This document shows positions 37,396 to 50,427 of a stretch of DNA of 64,000 nucleotides, in pieces. Location: contig CM059433.1 of NCBI GenBank assembly GCA_030390025.1, positions 2,976,001 to 3,040,000 on the forward strand, read 5' to 3'. The notes under the pieces are model-generated. The model did not search any database and was not told the origin of the DNA. It saw nothing but the letters and a program-made list of their open reading frames with translations. A program made the position numbers and the translations under genes. The DNA comes from Squalus acanthias. Lineage: Eukaryota. Each line of letters starts with the position of its first letter. Within the stretch, counting starts at the first letter, position 1.

Positions 37396-39517
37396 ATATG
37401 AGATATGAGATATGAGATCTATGAGATAGCCAGTTACTTATCCAATCGGCCAAATTTCCCTCTATCCCACAACTCCTTACTTTCTTCATGAGACGACCAT
37501 GGGGAACCTTATCAAACGCCTTACTAAAATCCATGTATACGACATCAACTGCTCTACCTTCATCTACACACTTAGTTACCTCCTCAAAGAATTCAATCAA
37601 ATTTGTTAGGCAAGACTTACCCTTCACGAATCCGTGTTGACTATCCCTGATTAAGTTGCCCCTTTCCAAATGGTCATAAATCCTATCCCTCAGGACCTTT
37701 TCCATTATCTTACCAACCACCGAAGTAAGACTAACCGGCCTATAATTATCAGGGTCATTCCTATTTCCTTTCTTGAAGAGAGGAACAACATTCGCCACTC
37801 TCCAGTCCTCTGGCACCATCCCCGTGGACAGTGAGGACCCAAAGATCAAAGCCAGAGGCTCTGCAATCTCCTCCCTTGCCTCCCAAAGAATCCTAGGATA
37901 TATCCCATCTGGCCCAGGGGACTTATCGACCCTCAGGTTCTTCAAAATTGCTAAAACATCTTCCCTCAGAACATCTACCACCTCCAGCCTATCCACCTTT
38001 ATCACACTCCCATCCTCAAGAACATGGCCCCTCTCCTCGGTGAACACTGACGAAAAGTATTCATTCATCACCTCTCCTATCTCTTCTGACTCCATGCACA
38101 AGTTCCCACTACTGTCCTTGACCGGCCCTACCCTCACCCTGGTCATTCTTTTATTTCTCACATAAGAGTAAAAAGCCTTGGGGTTTTTCTTGATCCGACC
38201 CGCCAAGGACTTCTCATGCCCCCTCCTAGCTCTCCTAAACTCTTTTTTTAGCTCATTCCTTGCTACCTTGTACCCCTCGATCGACCCAACTGAACCTTGT
38301 TTTCTCATCCTTACATACGCTTCCTTTTTCCTCTTGACTAGACATTCAACCTCTTTTGTGAACCATGGTTCTCTCACTCGGCCATTTCCTCCCTGCCTGA
38401 CAGGGACATACCTATCAAGGACACGCAGTAATTGCTCCATGAAAAAGCTCCACTTTTCGTTTGTGCCTTTCCCTGATAGTTTCTGTTCCCATCTTATACT
38501 CCCTAATTCTTGCCTAATCGCATCATAATTACCCCTCCCCCAATTATAAACCCTGCCCTGCCGTATGGCCCTATCCCTCTCCATTGCAATAGTGAAAGTT
38601 ACTGAATTGTGGTCACTATCTCCAATGTGCTCTCCCACATACAAATCAAACACTTGGCCCAGTTCATTACCCAGTACCAAATCCAACGTGGCCCCACCTC
38701 TTGTCGGCCTATCCACATATTGTGTCAGGAAACCCTCCTGCACACACTGTGCAAAAACTATCCCATCCGAACTGTTTGACCTATAAAGGTTCCAATCAAT
38801 ATTTGGAAAGTTGAAGTCACCCATGACAACTACTCTGTGACCTCCACACCTATTCATAATCTGCTTTGCAGTTTCTTCCTCCACATCTTTATTACTATTT
38901 GGGGGCCTGTAGAAAACTCCTAACAACGTGACCGCTCCTTTCCTATTTCTAACTTCAGCCTATATTACCTCAGACGGCAGATCCCCCTCGAACTGCCTTT
39001 CTGCCGCCGTTAAACTATCCTTGATTAACAATGCTACTCCTCCACCTTTCTTAACAACTTCCCTACTTCAATGCAAGGAGCATCCGCAATAAGGTAGGAG
39101 AACTTGGAGCGTGGATTGGTACTTGGGACTACGATGTGGTGGCCATTACGGAGACATGGTTAGAACAGGGACAGGAATGGTTGTTGGAATGGGCAGTGTT
39201 TAGACTAAAAATGGTTAAGTAGTGCCATCTGAAAATCGTCTAGACTGCATGCAAAATTCGTCCTCACTCCTCATTAAAATGATTGCAGTCATGATTCTCA
39301 TGTAAAAACTCAAGCTCATTGGCCTTACACTGAAAAGATGGATCAATATCGGGTGTAGTCTACACTCAAGTAATGATTGCCACAGGCTTTTTTCACTACT
39401 TAAAGGGGAGGACCATTGATGCTGCAGCACCTCATTCTCAGTATTGTTGGGTGTGCAGCTGCCTTAACAACCATAAGAAGAAGGACAAAGAGAAGGAGCA
39501 CTTATTTACAGATGCTG

Positions 39518-39759
39518 ATGGCAGATCGCTGCCCTAGGGAGAGAGCCCGGAGGTTTTCCGTGAAGCTTTGGAGGCATTGGTTTTAGCAGTGGAGAGAAGG
39601 CAGGCGGTCCTGCACCTGACAACTGGCAGGAGGCCCTCGTCACAAGTCTGCTGGACTATGTGGAGGGAGGTGGCACACAATGTCACCGGCAGCACTGTGG
39701 TCCCCAGGACCCACATACAGTGCAGGAGGAAGTTTAACGAGCTCACTCGGGTGGTCAGG
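39518..39759 (+). pseudogene. Harbinger Myb/SANT-like protein, first coding exon (frameshifted)
   Basis: MADRCPRERARRFS / EALEALVLAVERRQ..WREVAHNV..RTHIQCRRKFNELTR, then a GT donor. Confidence 0.85.
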
Positions 39760-40117
39760 GTGTGTGAAGGCTTCAACAAATGCTACATACCACCATCTGT
39801 ACCACAAGCTTCACACACTGCTCAATGCTCCACACCCCCAGTACTCACACATCAACAATCTCTACCTAGCAACACTCACACCCACATCTCACACCTTGCA
39901 CACAATGGCAGCTATTCAACTATGGCAGGCACAAGGGTCATTAGTTATTAAAATTCATGTGATATGTATGATATGTTTATAGATAAATTTATTAATGGTG
40001 TTTGGAATATTTTGTGATCTCTCTCATTTCACCTTTGTGCCCAGGAGGACGCTGTGATACGCCAAGAGACAGGGTATGATGGGCAATGTGGTGAGCAACG
40101 GGGATCTGGGGTTTCAT

Positions 40118-41266
40118 TCATTTGAATCGCAGTCTGATGAGCCGGTCATGGACAGCCCGTCTGGAAGGCCGATTGTCTCACTTTCTCCTCCCTCCCTCCT
40201 CATCCTCTTCCTCCTCATCCTCATCCTCATCCTCCTCCTGAGGTGGTTCCGCAATCCCTGCTGGTCAGGGCTGCACCCTCATGATGGCCAAGTTGTGGAT
40301 CATGCAGCAGACCACCATGAAATGGGACACCCGCTCTGGCGAGTACTGGAGGGCTCCTCCCGAGCGGTCAAGGCAGCAGAACCGTTGCTTGAGCACTCCG
40401 ATGGTCTACTCGATGATGTTCCTGGTGGCAGCATGGCTCTCATTATATGAGTGCTGGGGTTGCAAAGGGGAGTCATGAGCCAGGTGGAGAGCAGATAGCC
40501 CTTGTCTCCGAGCAGCCACTCTTGAGCTTGATGTGGTGGCTGGAAGAGTGCTGGCACACCAGTCTGGCACAGGATGAAGACATCGTGGCTGCTGTCAGGA
40601 TAGCGGGCATTGACGGTGAGGATTTGCTATGTGTGGTCGCACATCAACTGCACATTAAGTGAGTGGTAGCCTTTGCATTTATGGAAGATCTCGGGATTGT
40701 TATGCGGTGCCCGCAAAGCCACATGGGTGCAGTCAATGGCGCCCTGCACCATTGGGAATCCCACTATCCTGGCAAAGCCACATGCACGCTCATCCTGCTT
40801 CTCTCTGGTGATCAGGAAGCTAATGTATGTAGTCCTTTCTCCTATTGTAGAGAGCCTCAGTGACCTCCCGGATGCAGCGATGGCCGGCCAACTGTGAGAT
40901 GTTAGCTATGTCTCCTGTTGCAGGTTGGAAGGATCCGCTGGCGAAGAAATTGAGGACCATGGTGACCTTGACTGCCACTGGGAGAGCCGTGGTCGCCCTG
41001 ATCTGAGGCTCGAGGTCTGGTTGCAGGAGGTGGCAGAGTTCTGTGACCACCTCTTTGGTGAAGCGGAGCCTTCTAATACACTGCTCCTCGCTTAATTGGA
41101 GGTAGGAGAAGTGATGTTGGAATACCCTCGGAGGTTGAGGCCTCCTGTTGAGATCCCTGATGGCCCTCCTCCTCCCTCTGGCCACATGTTCCAATCTTTC
41201 TCGCTGCCTCCGGTCCCTCCGCCGTAGATCCTGGAGGGCGAGGTCGACTGCCAGTACAGCCCCCAT
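40118..41266 (-). pseudogene. Harbinger (HARBI1-like) DDE transposase, disrupted
   Basis: EEQCIRRLRF, GAIDCTH, GYHSLNVQ, LLGDKGY, HAATRNIIE, VLKQRF and VCCMIHNLAI. Stops and frameshifts. Confidence 0.92.
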
Positions 41267-41410
41267 TAATCTTAGCAAGTGTTGTAGTTTAAGTCTTTCC
41301 AGAAATAATTATGCAGTTTTGTACTTGCCACAACACTCCTGATACCAAAAAACCTTGAAATTACTAAAGAAAACTGTTGCAGTAGCAGGAACTAACACAC
41401 AGCCACTCAA

Positions 41411-41466
41411 GCAATAAATGCTGGCCTTGTCAGCGACGCCCACATCCCATAAACAAATAAAAAAAA
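41411..41466 (+). mobile_element. Short LINE 3' tail insertion
   Basis: GCAATAAATGCTGGCCTTGTCAGCGACGCCCACATCCCAT followed by an A-rich tail. Confidence 0.6.
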
Positions 41467-42557
41467 CTTCACGAACCTGCCAGGTGCGAGTGATTGGTGA
41501 GGATCCCTTTAAATAGCGTAGCTGGAGCCAGCTTCCTGCTGCTGCTCGCCTCCTCAACCTGTCGTTGTTAACTCCAGTCGGTAAGTCCATTGGCTGTAAG
41601 GAAGTTGTGAGATTGGGCATCCAGTGAGCATTGCACACTCACTGACATCATGATCTCCATGATGGCGAGCTCCCTGGCGAGTGAGTTTACCGGCAGCGCT
41701 ACCGGTAAGACCGATATAGCGGGCGGCGCTGGAACTGGCATCAGCTGTCATTACAGCGGTCAACGCCGCTTTAGTGCCATCTTGTGGCGCTAACGTGTGG
41801 CGCAAACCTCACAAATTTTTCCCCCAAGCTTCCTTCCCCTCCAGATAGAACAATACATGAACACATGATGTTGAATTTGTCACAGGTGCAAATGAACTAA
41901 ACCATTCTCTCCAGTTTCAAGAATGTTGCCTGTCAGTTTGTCCCAGTTAGAAGAGGTCATTTTTTACGCAGCTTCAAGCATGTATTTTGCCAGTCACAGA
42001 TATGATTGAAACAGGTTTTTCAATCTAGTTTTGAGTATGTCTCCTGCCAGTTGATTACAGGAACACATGATCAAGCTTTGACACTAATCATGCCATTTGC
42101 CAATCCAGGCAGTGGGTGGTGAATAAACTAAGTCCACAACATTTCGTGAAGCCTGCCCCCTGTTAACTGCATACCAGTGTGTTGCCCAAGCACACCATGC
42201 ATGCTTCCTGTTAGTTGATTACAGATATCTGTGAGCCGCGCTCTCCAAACCTGCCATAAATTTGTTTCCTACTAGTCAATCACGGTCGTAATTAGGACAA
42301 TCTCTCATCTCCTGCCTCTGAGCATCTAGATGAGGAAGGTTAAAATTATCCAAATGGATTTGAAAAGGCTTAACATCTGGGCTGATGATTGGAAAATTTA
42401 ATTTAATGTAGATAACAGTGAATACTAAATATGATTACACAATGGGGGGGCAGGGGTGCGGGCGCACAACAGCCTTGAGGAACATGGGCGGGAACTTCTG
42501 TTCAGTAGAAATGTTTATGTAGCATGAGTTAACATTCAACAAAGTAAACACAACCTA

Positions 42558-43002
42558 AGAAAGAAAGACTTGCATTTCTACAGCACCTTTCAGGACCACC
42601 GGACATCTCAACGTAGTTTTTTTGAAGTGTAGTCACTGTTGTAATGTGGGAAACGTAGCAGCCAATTTGCGCACAGCAAGCTCCCACTAATAGCGATGTG
42701 ATAATGACCAGGCAATCTGTTTTTGTTATGTTAGTTGAGGGATAAATATTGGCCCCAGGACACCTCCCCTGCTCTTCTTCGAAATAGTGCCCATGGGGAT
42801 CTTTTACGTCCACCTGAGAGAGCAGACGGGGCCTCGGTTTAAAGTCTCATCCGAAAGACGGCACCTCCGACAGTGCAGCACTCCCTCAGCACTGCACTGG
42901 AGTGTCAGCCTAGCTTTATGTGCTCAAGTACCTGGAGTGGGACTTGAACCCACAACCTTCGGACTCAGAGGCAAGTGTGCTACCCACTGAGCCACAGCTG
43001 AC
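42558..43002 (-). mobile_element. Full-length tRNA-headed Deu-domain SINE
   Basis: Collinear with 17825-18296. A and B boxes present; (AAAG)n tail. Confidence 0.88.
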
Positions 43003-43974
43003 ATGAGGTGCATAGCTCGAAGCAAAGTGTGAATCGGCAAGAAAATATAACTCGATGGAACCTGATGGAACAAATTGCTGCATCCAATTCTTTTATAGTA
43101 CACGAATGGATATCAATTCACATCACTCAACTAGTAGAAGTGAAAAATAATGTTGCCGTTCCATTTGTCTACATCCACTTATACTAAATTTAATTTCAAA
43201 TCAACATAAAGAGAACTCATTGAGGGTACTTTCAATATTGTGCAAGAGTGTAAAACGGGCGATAGTGAATTGGCAGCCCGTTTTACAGCTCTCTGGTTTT
43301 GGTTTCCATTGAAGTCTCCTATCAGGTAGTTCCAGCAGCAAGCGGCTGATCAGCAATGTCAGTTTCATGCCCCGGGCTAGCCAGTTGAAAATTCGCCCCC
43401 TTGTCTGCTTCACAGCTGGATTTGGAATGGTAAGCTCTACATCTTCAAACCTCGACATCGATCTACTTTTAGTTTCAGATCATGATTGCTGCGGTTTGAC
43501 CCTCTGAACACCTTTGTACGCTACATAAAAATAATACTCAGGAGAAGCATAAAATCAATATATTGGACAACTAATTTACCACAACAAATCCATGTCTCTC
43601 AAGTGGCATTGATGTTACACTGAATGTCTGAATAGACATTAACGTATTAGTAAAGGTAAAGAAATCAACTGGGATAACTCTTACAATTCAATTTTCTTGG
43701 AACAGGCTGGATAATTCTCCTTATGCAAAAAAGAAAGACCAAACGAAAATATAGCAGCATCCGTATAACTAAACATTAAGAGCAAACCTTTTCATGGAGA
43801 GGTGGAGCTGGATTTTCCTTCCTGAAACTGCATGTTTGTGGGTGGTTTTGTGGCAAAAGAAAAGAGTAAAATGGGGCTGCGTGATGTACTGCCCCAAAAA
43901 TCCACCAGTTACTACCCCTGCCCTGCCGCATGGAAATGGTGACAGGCAGGTGTGGCCAAGGTCTCCGGGCAATT

Positions 43975-44190
43975 TACATAAGAACAAGAGTAGACCATTT
44001 AGCCCCTCAAGCCTGTTCTACCATTCAAATTAGGCAAAGGCTGATCTGTACCTCAACCCTATTTACTCACCTTTGGCGTAGAATCCATTGAAAGACTTAC
44101 TCTATCGATCTCAGGCTCAAAAGTTTCAATTGACCCAGCGGCCATGACCTTTTTGGGGGAGAGAGTTCCAGATTTCTATTACCCATTGTG
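43975..44190 (-). mobile_element. Old CR1 3' fragment
   Basis: CATAAGAAC..GTAGACCATTTAGCCCCTCAAGCCTG and GAGAGTTCCAGA motifs. Confidence 0.7.
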
Positions 44191-44297
44191 TTTCCCCCAT
44201 TGAGCACCCAACCTGACATCTGGAAACACTACCCACTATAAAAGTGGAGGCATGAGCAGGACAGCTATATCACTAAGACAGACACCACATTGAGGAA

Positions 44298-44330
44298 AGT
44301 TCTGACAAAAGGTCATCGACCTGAAACGTT
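44298..44330 (+). mobile_element. Hammerhead mini-element fragment
   Basis: AGTTCTGACAAAAGGTCATCGACCTGAAACGTT. Core G8 is mutated; truncated by the adjacent element. Confidence 0.7.
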
Positions 44331-45444
44331 GGGAATTTTTCGGGGGGTCAGCGGGTGCGTTTGGTGGCGGGTCGGGAGGGAATTTCTTTTTTGACAGCGG
44401 GTCGGGAAACCGCCGTCAACCCGCCGCCACGCTAGTCATCGCTGAACAGACCCGACACCAAGCGGCGGGGGAGGCAATTTAGATCATTAAGAGCTTGTTA
44501 ACAGGCACTTAAAAACTGTTTTAAGCTCATCTTTAGATTTTAAGAGTTCGCCCATGGGTTCCCCGCTGCTCGGGGATCACGTCAGGTAAGCAGGGCGGGA
44601 GTTGAATCACCATGGGATAATTTCATAACTTGACAGCTGCAAATGTTCTATAAAAGCTCCCATTTCATAGCTGTTCACTTTCCAAGGTTATAAGCTGTTG
44701 CTTACTGCATTTGGAAGACAGATTGAGTTTTATGAAGCTTGCAAGTGTTTGGAGCAAACTCTCTATCCAGTGTCACCTCATTGGAACAACCTCTCTCACC
44801 ATTGACAGATCGCTTCTGTCATCTCTACTTCACCTGCCATCTATTCCATCAGCATCGGTGCACTTGAAACTCTCTCACCTTGGTCCTCAGAATCCCACCA
44901 CGATCAGCCCCAACACCAGCAGCACCAGGCACACCAGCATCACCAACAACAACACCAACCTTCTCCGTAATCAACTGATGCTGCACAGGACAGAGGGCAT
45001 CAGCACCCGACCACATTGCTGCCCGGGAGGCCAGGGATGGCCTCACCATGGCCAGATTTACTTCACTTGATGCTGTACACCCTGGCTGCCACATGATGCG
45101 CCAGGTTGGCACCACCCCACAGCAACATCATAAAGCATCCCTACAATGCCCAAGCCATTCCTTTCACACTCATCACCATTGCGGGGTGTATTGTTATGTC
45201 TCACCATTCACTGCAACTCACTAAGCCACTTCCAAGGGTGCACACAAATCTGTCAAAGAACGCAAAGTGTTGGAAATAAAGATTTCAATGTTTGACAGCA
45301 CATTAACAGAAACTTAACATGAACATTGGCTAAAACAGTGGGCTAGGAAACTTCAACAGAGAGCAAAATCAGGTGGGGTGTAAAGCCAGCCTTGCACTCG
45401 ATTCCATCAGTTTCCTGACGTTACGTTAAAATTGCCCCAAAGAG

Positions 45445-46100
45445 TGAGCGGTCCAAATCTATAGGCCGGCATGATTCCCATAGGTGCAGGAAGCAATTGA
45501 TAGAATACACCTGGCCTTGAAAGCCCCATATAAAACCCTCCTCAATTTAATTAATAGAAAAGGGTTTCATTCTATCAATGTCCAGATAGTGTGTGATGCC
45601 AAGCACCTCATCCTCCATGTTAATGTCTGCTTCCCAGGTAATTGTCATGTGCTTTAACCATGCAACAATCCAGCCTATTACCTCAAAACTACATCTCAGG
45701 ATGGTTGACTGGTGATCAGGGAGATGCCCTGCAGTCCTAGCTAATGACTCCAGTCTGGCATCCACAGACAGAAGAGGAGAATGAATATAATGAGGCCCAT
45801 GGGACTATAAGAAGTGTGATAGATCAAACCATTAGCACTCAGAAGTCTCGTTTTAGGTGCCTGGACAAATCTAGTGGAGCCTTGTAGAGTGTCCAGAATT
45901 CTAGTAACTTGCTGTGAGCTGCATATTTTCATTATGCAGCAAGGATTACTATTACTGTTTCTTCAAGCTGCAGATGATGGTCAGGAAGAAGATGGAAATG
46001 TCTCTTCGTTTCCCACAGCAGCGGGAAATTGCAGGAGAAGAGGTGAAACAAGAGATCCATCATCACAAGGCCAGAGAAAGGAGGCAGCAGTTTATTGCAA
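45445..46100 (+). pseudogene. Harbinger transposase relic
   Basis: VQEAIDRIHLALKAP, INRKGFHSINVQIVCDA and LRSRFRCLDKSSGAL-like segments. Confidence 0.8.
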
Positions 46101-46799
46101 TAAAAGAATGTTGTATAGAGAAATAAAAATCCTTGCCTCATTGCTGGTCACCGCCACACCCCACACCCCCAACTGTATCATTAAGACCTGTATTCCCAAG
46201 GCATCTGTACCTTGCCTCAATAATAGAAATCTCACATTTCATCAACTCAGTCATTAAGTCACAAGCATCGATAGAAATGTGAAGTCTGTGTAGCCCAAGA
46301 TTTTTTATTTTTCAGTATAATATTTTCCAAATTATAACAACAATTTCAAAGGCTAACTACTGCTACGCCTCAGCACTGTGTCCACCCCTTGTGTTGAACT
46401 TCTAACTAACTCATGCTCCTAGCTTCTTATTTCTATGAGATGCTCACTAAATGGTAGAAAGTTGAGAGGTGGGTGGGACATTTCCGCTGAAGCCTTTGAG
46501 AACTGAGGTGACTCTTGTCTCAGTGAATTGGTTTGCTTCCTGTATCCTTTCTCTTGCTATGTCAACGGGTGCTGGGCGTGGAGGCAATGGAAATGAAAAT
46601 CAGGAGAGACGTACAAAGGGTGACCTGAATCGATATCGCCCGTTCTACGCTATCACAAAGTCAAAATTACCCCCATTGTTTCTGGAGATTCACCATGACG
46701 TGAGTCATGCTTTATCATTCCTACAGAATGTGTATGGGGAACAAGGCCTTCAACACCTTGTCCAACATGATGGCCATTATCTCTCTTCCTCCACTGTGC

Positions 46800-47080
46800 G
46801 CTAGATTCGAACGTGGTGAAGGTTGGGCTCCCTAGGATAGATTGTCAAGTCGTGCTCTGCTCTTGGCTGTGGTTGGATCTCCTCCTCCTCCATTTGCGTC
46901 ATGATTAGGTCTCTCTGGATGGCAATGTTCAGCAGCATGCAGCAGACTAAGATTCTATCTTTGAGGTTCAGTGAAGCCTTATTGTAGGACATTTCTTATA
47001 TTGCCTAGGCGTCTGAAGCCTGCTTCAAGATGCGTGCAGCTTGTTTGACACAATAAGAGATTTAGGCGTGTTCTTACATG
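46800..47080 (-). pseudogene. Harbinger transposase C-terminal relic
   Basis: ILVCCMLLNIAIQR followed by an acidic tail. Confidence 0.65.
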
Positions 47081-47356
47081 CTGCTACACATCTAGGAATC
47101 GGTTTAACCTGAGCAGACTATAAGCCTCAGGAAAGAAGATAGCGGCAGTCATGCATGAGCTTCTGTTTACAGATTACCAGCTGGCTTGACACAGCAAGTT
47201 TCGCTTTGTTATAAGTCTGAAGAAAACAGAGGTCGTGTACAAGCCAGCCCCAGGAAAAGCGTGACGCAAAACCAATCATTAATATCTATAATACTGAACT
47301 AAATGCTATTAACCAGTTCATTTGTCCGAGCATCCTGCGCTGATAGACAATGAAGC

Positions 47357-48040
47357 ACCTGAAGGTAGCAGGCCAGGTAGATAAGGTGGTTAAGAAGGCA
47401 CACGGAATGCTTGCCTTTATTAGCCGTGGCATAGAATACAAGAGCAGGGAGGTTATGCTTCAACTGTATAAAACACTAGTTAGGCCTCAGCTAGAGTACT
47501 GCATGCAGTTCTGGTCACCACATTACAGGAAAGATGTGATTGCACTAGAGCGGGTACAGAGGAGATTTACAAGGATGTTGCCGGGAGTAGAGGAAATTAG
47601 CTATGAGGAAAGACTGGATAGGCTGGGTCTGTTTTCCTTGTAACAGAGGAGGCTGAGGGGAGACCTTATTGAGGTGTATAAAATTATGAGGGGCATAGAT
47701 AAAGTGGATAGAAATGACCTATTTCCCTTAGCAGTGGGGTCAAAAACCAGGGGGCACAGATTTAAAGTAATTGGTGGAAGGTTTAGAGGGGATTTGAGGG
47801 GAAATTTCTTCACCCAGAGGGTTGTGGGGGTCTGGAACTCGCTGCCTGAAAGGGTGGTAGAGGCAGGAACCCTAACCACATTTAAAAAGTACTTGGATAT
47901 GCACTTGGGATGCTGTAACCTGCAGGGCTACGGACCAAGAGCTGGGAAGTGGGATTAGGCTGGATTGCTCTTTGTTGGCCGGCATGGACACGATGGGCCG
48001 AAATGGCCTCCTTCCGTGCTGTAACTTTCTGATTCTATGA
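47357..48040 (+). mobile_element. CR1 LINE 3' fragment
   Basis: ORFs 47350-47643 and 47674-47958, similar to 531-1103. Confidence 0.95.
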
Positions 48041-49100
48041 CTTCTTCGTAACAGAAAAGCCAGCCCTGCATTTGCAATACTGTGGAAATGTGCCTGAAAT
48101 CATCATGGAATCAAACTTACAACAGAGCTGAAAGTATACAGGGCTGATATCATCACCATCCTTCTACTTGCGTCTGAGTCCTGGTCGCCTAACCACTGTC
48201 ACAATTCAGGCCCTTGACAAACACCCATGTTCTGACAACCACTAATAAGAGGCAGGGCTGTGAATAACTAGCAGCTTCTGCAAATAAAATAAGCTGCTAA
48301 CCAGATTTTACTTGGACAGCTATCAATATTCTTCATAACTATGGCAAGTCACAACCCCTGACAAATTTTATTACTGGGTTTGCTTCTCATTTGTCAAATC
48401 CAAAACTAAAGAGGTGGCAGGATTGGCACAGAGAAGGGATGGCATCATGGCTTGGGTCCACAGGGCTAATTTTACGACTGTGCGTTCCTGACTTGAAGCC
48501 TTGCTCAGTGCGGGTGCGCCTCGGGACAGTGTGGGAGGCAACCCATGATTTTCCAGTTAGTCATTTAAACGGACAAAAAAATCACACGGAGCCCACCTGC
48601 GATTATCAATATACATTCCCAGACAGGTGAGGCTCCCTGGAAGGAGCAGGATTTCATGAAACCTGCCCTCCAATGTTTACATTGCCAATGTTGATAATTC
48701 TCAAACAAACTAATGCCTCTAACTTGTAGGATGTAACAGTGGCAAAAATGGACATTTGAAAGCCGAAATTTCAAGGCCTGACTTCCCGCACTGAGCCTCA
48801 CTAACAGCAAGTGTGGTTGGGGAGAGAGGGTTACCATGTTATTGTCTGATTTGTCACATCTAGTAAGACTAGGCGCTGGGAGTGAAACCTCACAATGAAC
48901 CTTACAATTTCCGTCCCTTGGTGCTGGTTTTCATGTTATAGATTACTAGGCAGCCCAGACAAATTCGGCTGTCTAGTCTAAAACCAGAGGTGCCAATTGC
49001 CGTCACTATGTAATGATTGCTATAACATTGATGCAGCATCCAACATATATGTCCCGCAGATAATGGCAAGGTTGGTATTTTTAAGTTCTTAAGGGCCTTG

Positions 49101-49192
49101 GAGTTCGGATGAAAGGTCATCGACCTGAAACGTTAACTCGCTCCGCAGGTGTTGCCTGACCTGCTGAGTGTTTCCAGCATTCTCTGTTTTTA
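49101..49192 (+). mobile_element. Hammerhead mini-element, degenerate
   Basis: GAGTTCGGATGAAAGGTCATCGACCTGAAACGTTAACTC...GCTGAGTGTTTCCAGC. Confidence 0.8.
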
Positions 49193-50082
49193 CTTGGTAC
49201 TTTTAAGGTTTTGAGGTTTTAGAGATTGCAAAATGTTAAAAGGGTTCTCAGAAAGCTGTAATGACCTGAAGTACCTTACAAGCTTTTTACAAATATATCT
49301 AGCAGAAGTGAAGCGAATTACTTACAACCATGCCATAAAATTTGAGTTAGAAGCTTTCAGCTTCTGCAGTAACCATAGCAATATAAATTACTTACCTTGT
49401 TCATAAAGACCTGCTATTAAAAATCTGGGGTTGTCAGGGGCACTAAAAATGGTTTCAGGGAAGTAAAAGCTCAGCAATATTCTCACTTCTAATTGCTATC
49501 CACAGTATTGATACATGAGGAAGGGCTAATGGTGGAGCCGGGAAAGGTAAGAAGTGGTAACTATTGGTTAGACGTGTGAGAGTCATGAGGAAACTATAAG
49601 GACAATTTTTCTGTGAGTTACGCTCGGGAAGCATGTATTCCCTGGGAATGAAGCTGGATCTCCACCACTCTTTACATTACCCAAGATTTCCAGGGATTCC
49701 GCCCCCGCACCCCCCCCCCCCCCCACCGCCCCCCCCCCCCCCCCGAGGGCGGCACCATATCTGCATCTTCCTGGTGGGAATGTTACTTGGTATCACTCAT
49801 AATGGTAGAAGAGAGTGGAGATTCCTTACCAAGATCATTAAGATTAAAGTTGGAAGATAAAAGTGAGATAAAAAGGCAAGTTTCCTTTTCAATTGTGCTA
49901 TTAGGATGGGTGAAAAGGAAGATTTACAGAGATTATGAGAAACAGGAGAGTGAATGCTGGAGAAGCAGGAAGATAGCAGTTGATTTTTTTTTTCAAAACC
50001 ACATTTAGCAAATCTAATAGCGGATCAAGTTCTTCTATTCAATAGGTTTTCTTCTTCTAGGCAAGCCAGAAATTTATAAGAA

Positions 50083-50420
50083 AACATTTGCATTTATATA
50101 GATTTTTCACAACCTCAGGACATCCGAAGCACTTCACAGCCAATGAAGTACTTTTGAATTGTAATGCAGGGAAATTCAGCAACCAATTTGCACATTGCAA
50201 GTTGCCGCAAACAGAAATAAGCTGAATGACCAGATCATCTGTTTTTGCAATTATGTTGATTGAGGGATAAATACTGGTCAGGGCACTGGGAGAACTGCAC
50301 TGTTCTTATTCGACTAGTGCCATGCATCCATCTGAAAGGGCAGATAGGGCCTTGGTCTAAAGGATCGGCCAAAGGTCAACACTGCTGATGGTGCAGTACT
50401 TCCTCAGTACTGCACTGAAG
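50083..50420 (-). mobile_element. Degenerate Deu-domain SINE
   Basis: Diverged match to the SINE body at 17825-18190. Confidence 0.75.
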
Positions 50421-50427
50421 AGATTGT

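Larger units (their letters stand above)
34508..39185 (-). mobile_element. CR1 LINE (second subfamily) with 5' inversion and a Penelope insertion
   Basis: ORFs 37349-38926 and 34596-35612 join once Penelope is removed. (TACATAGA)n tail. Inverted endonuclease start at 39064-39185. Possible TSD GGAAT. Confidence 0.95.
34479..41825. mobile_element. Decayed near-complete PIF/Harbinger transposon with nested CR1 and Penelope
   Basis: Ends GGGCTAGAAATT / AATTTTTCCCCC with flanks ATG/AAG. Convergent Myb-like and transposase genes. Confidence 0.75.

Noticed and set aside
35163..38786. Plus-strand ORFs opposite CR1 and Penelope
   Set aside because: Antisense shadows of RT coding frames.
40118..41266. 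Domesticated HARBI1 host gene
   Set aside because: Stops, frameshifts and transposon context indicate a decayed transposase.
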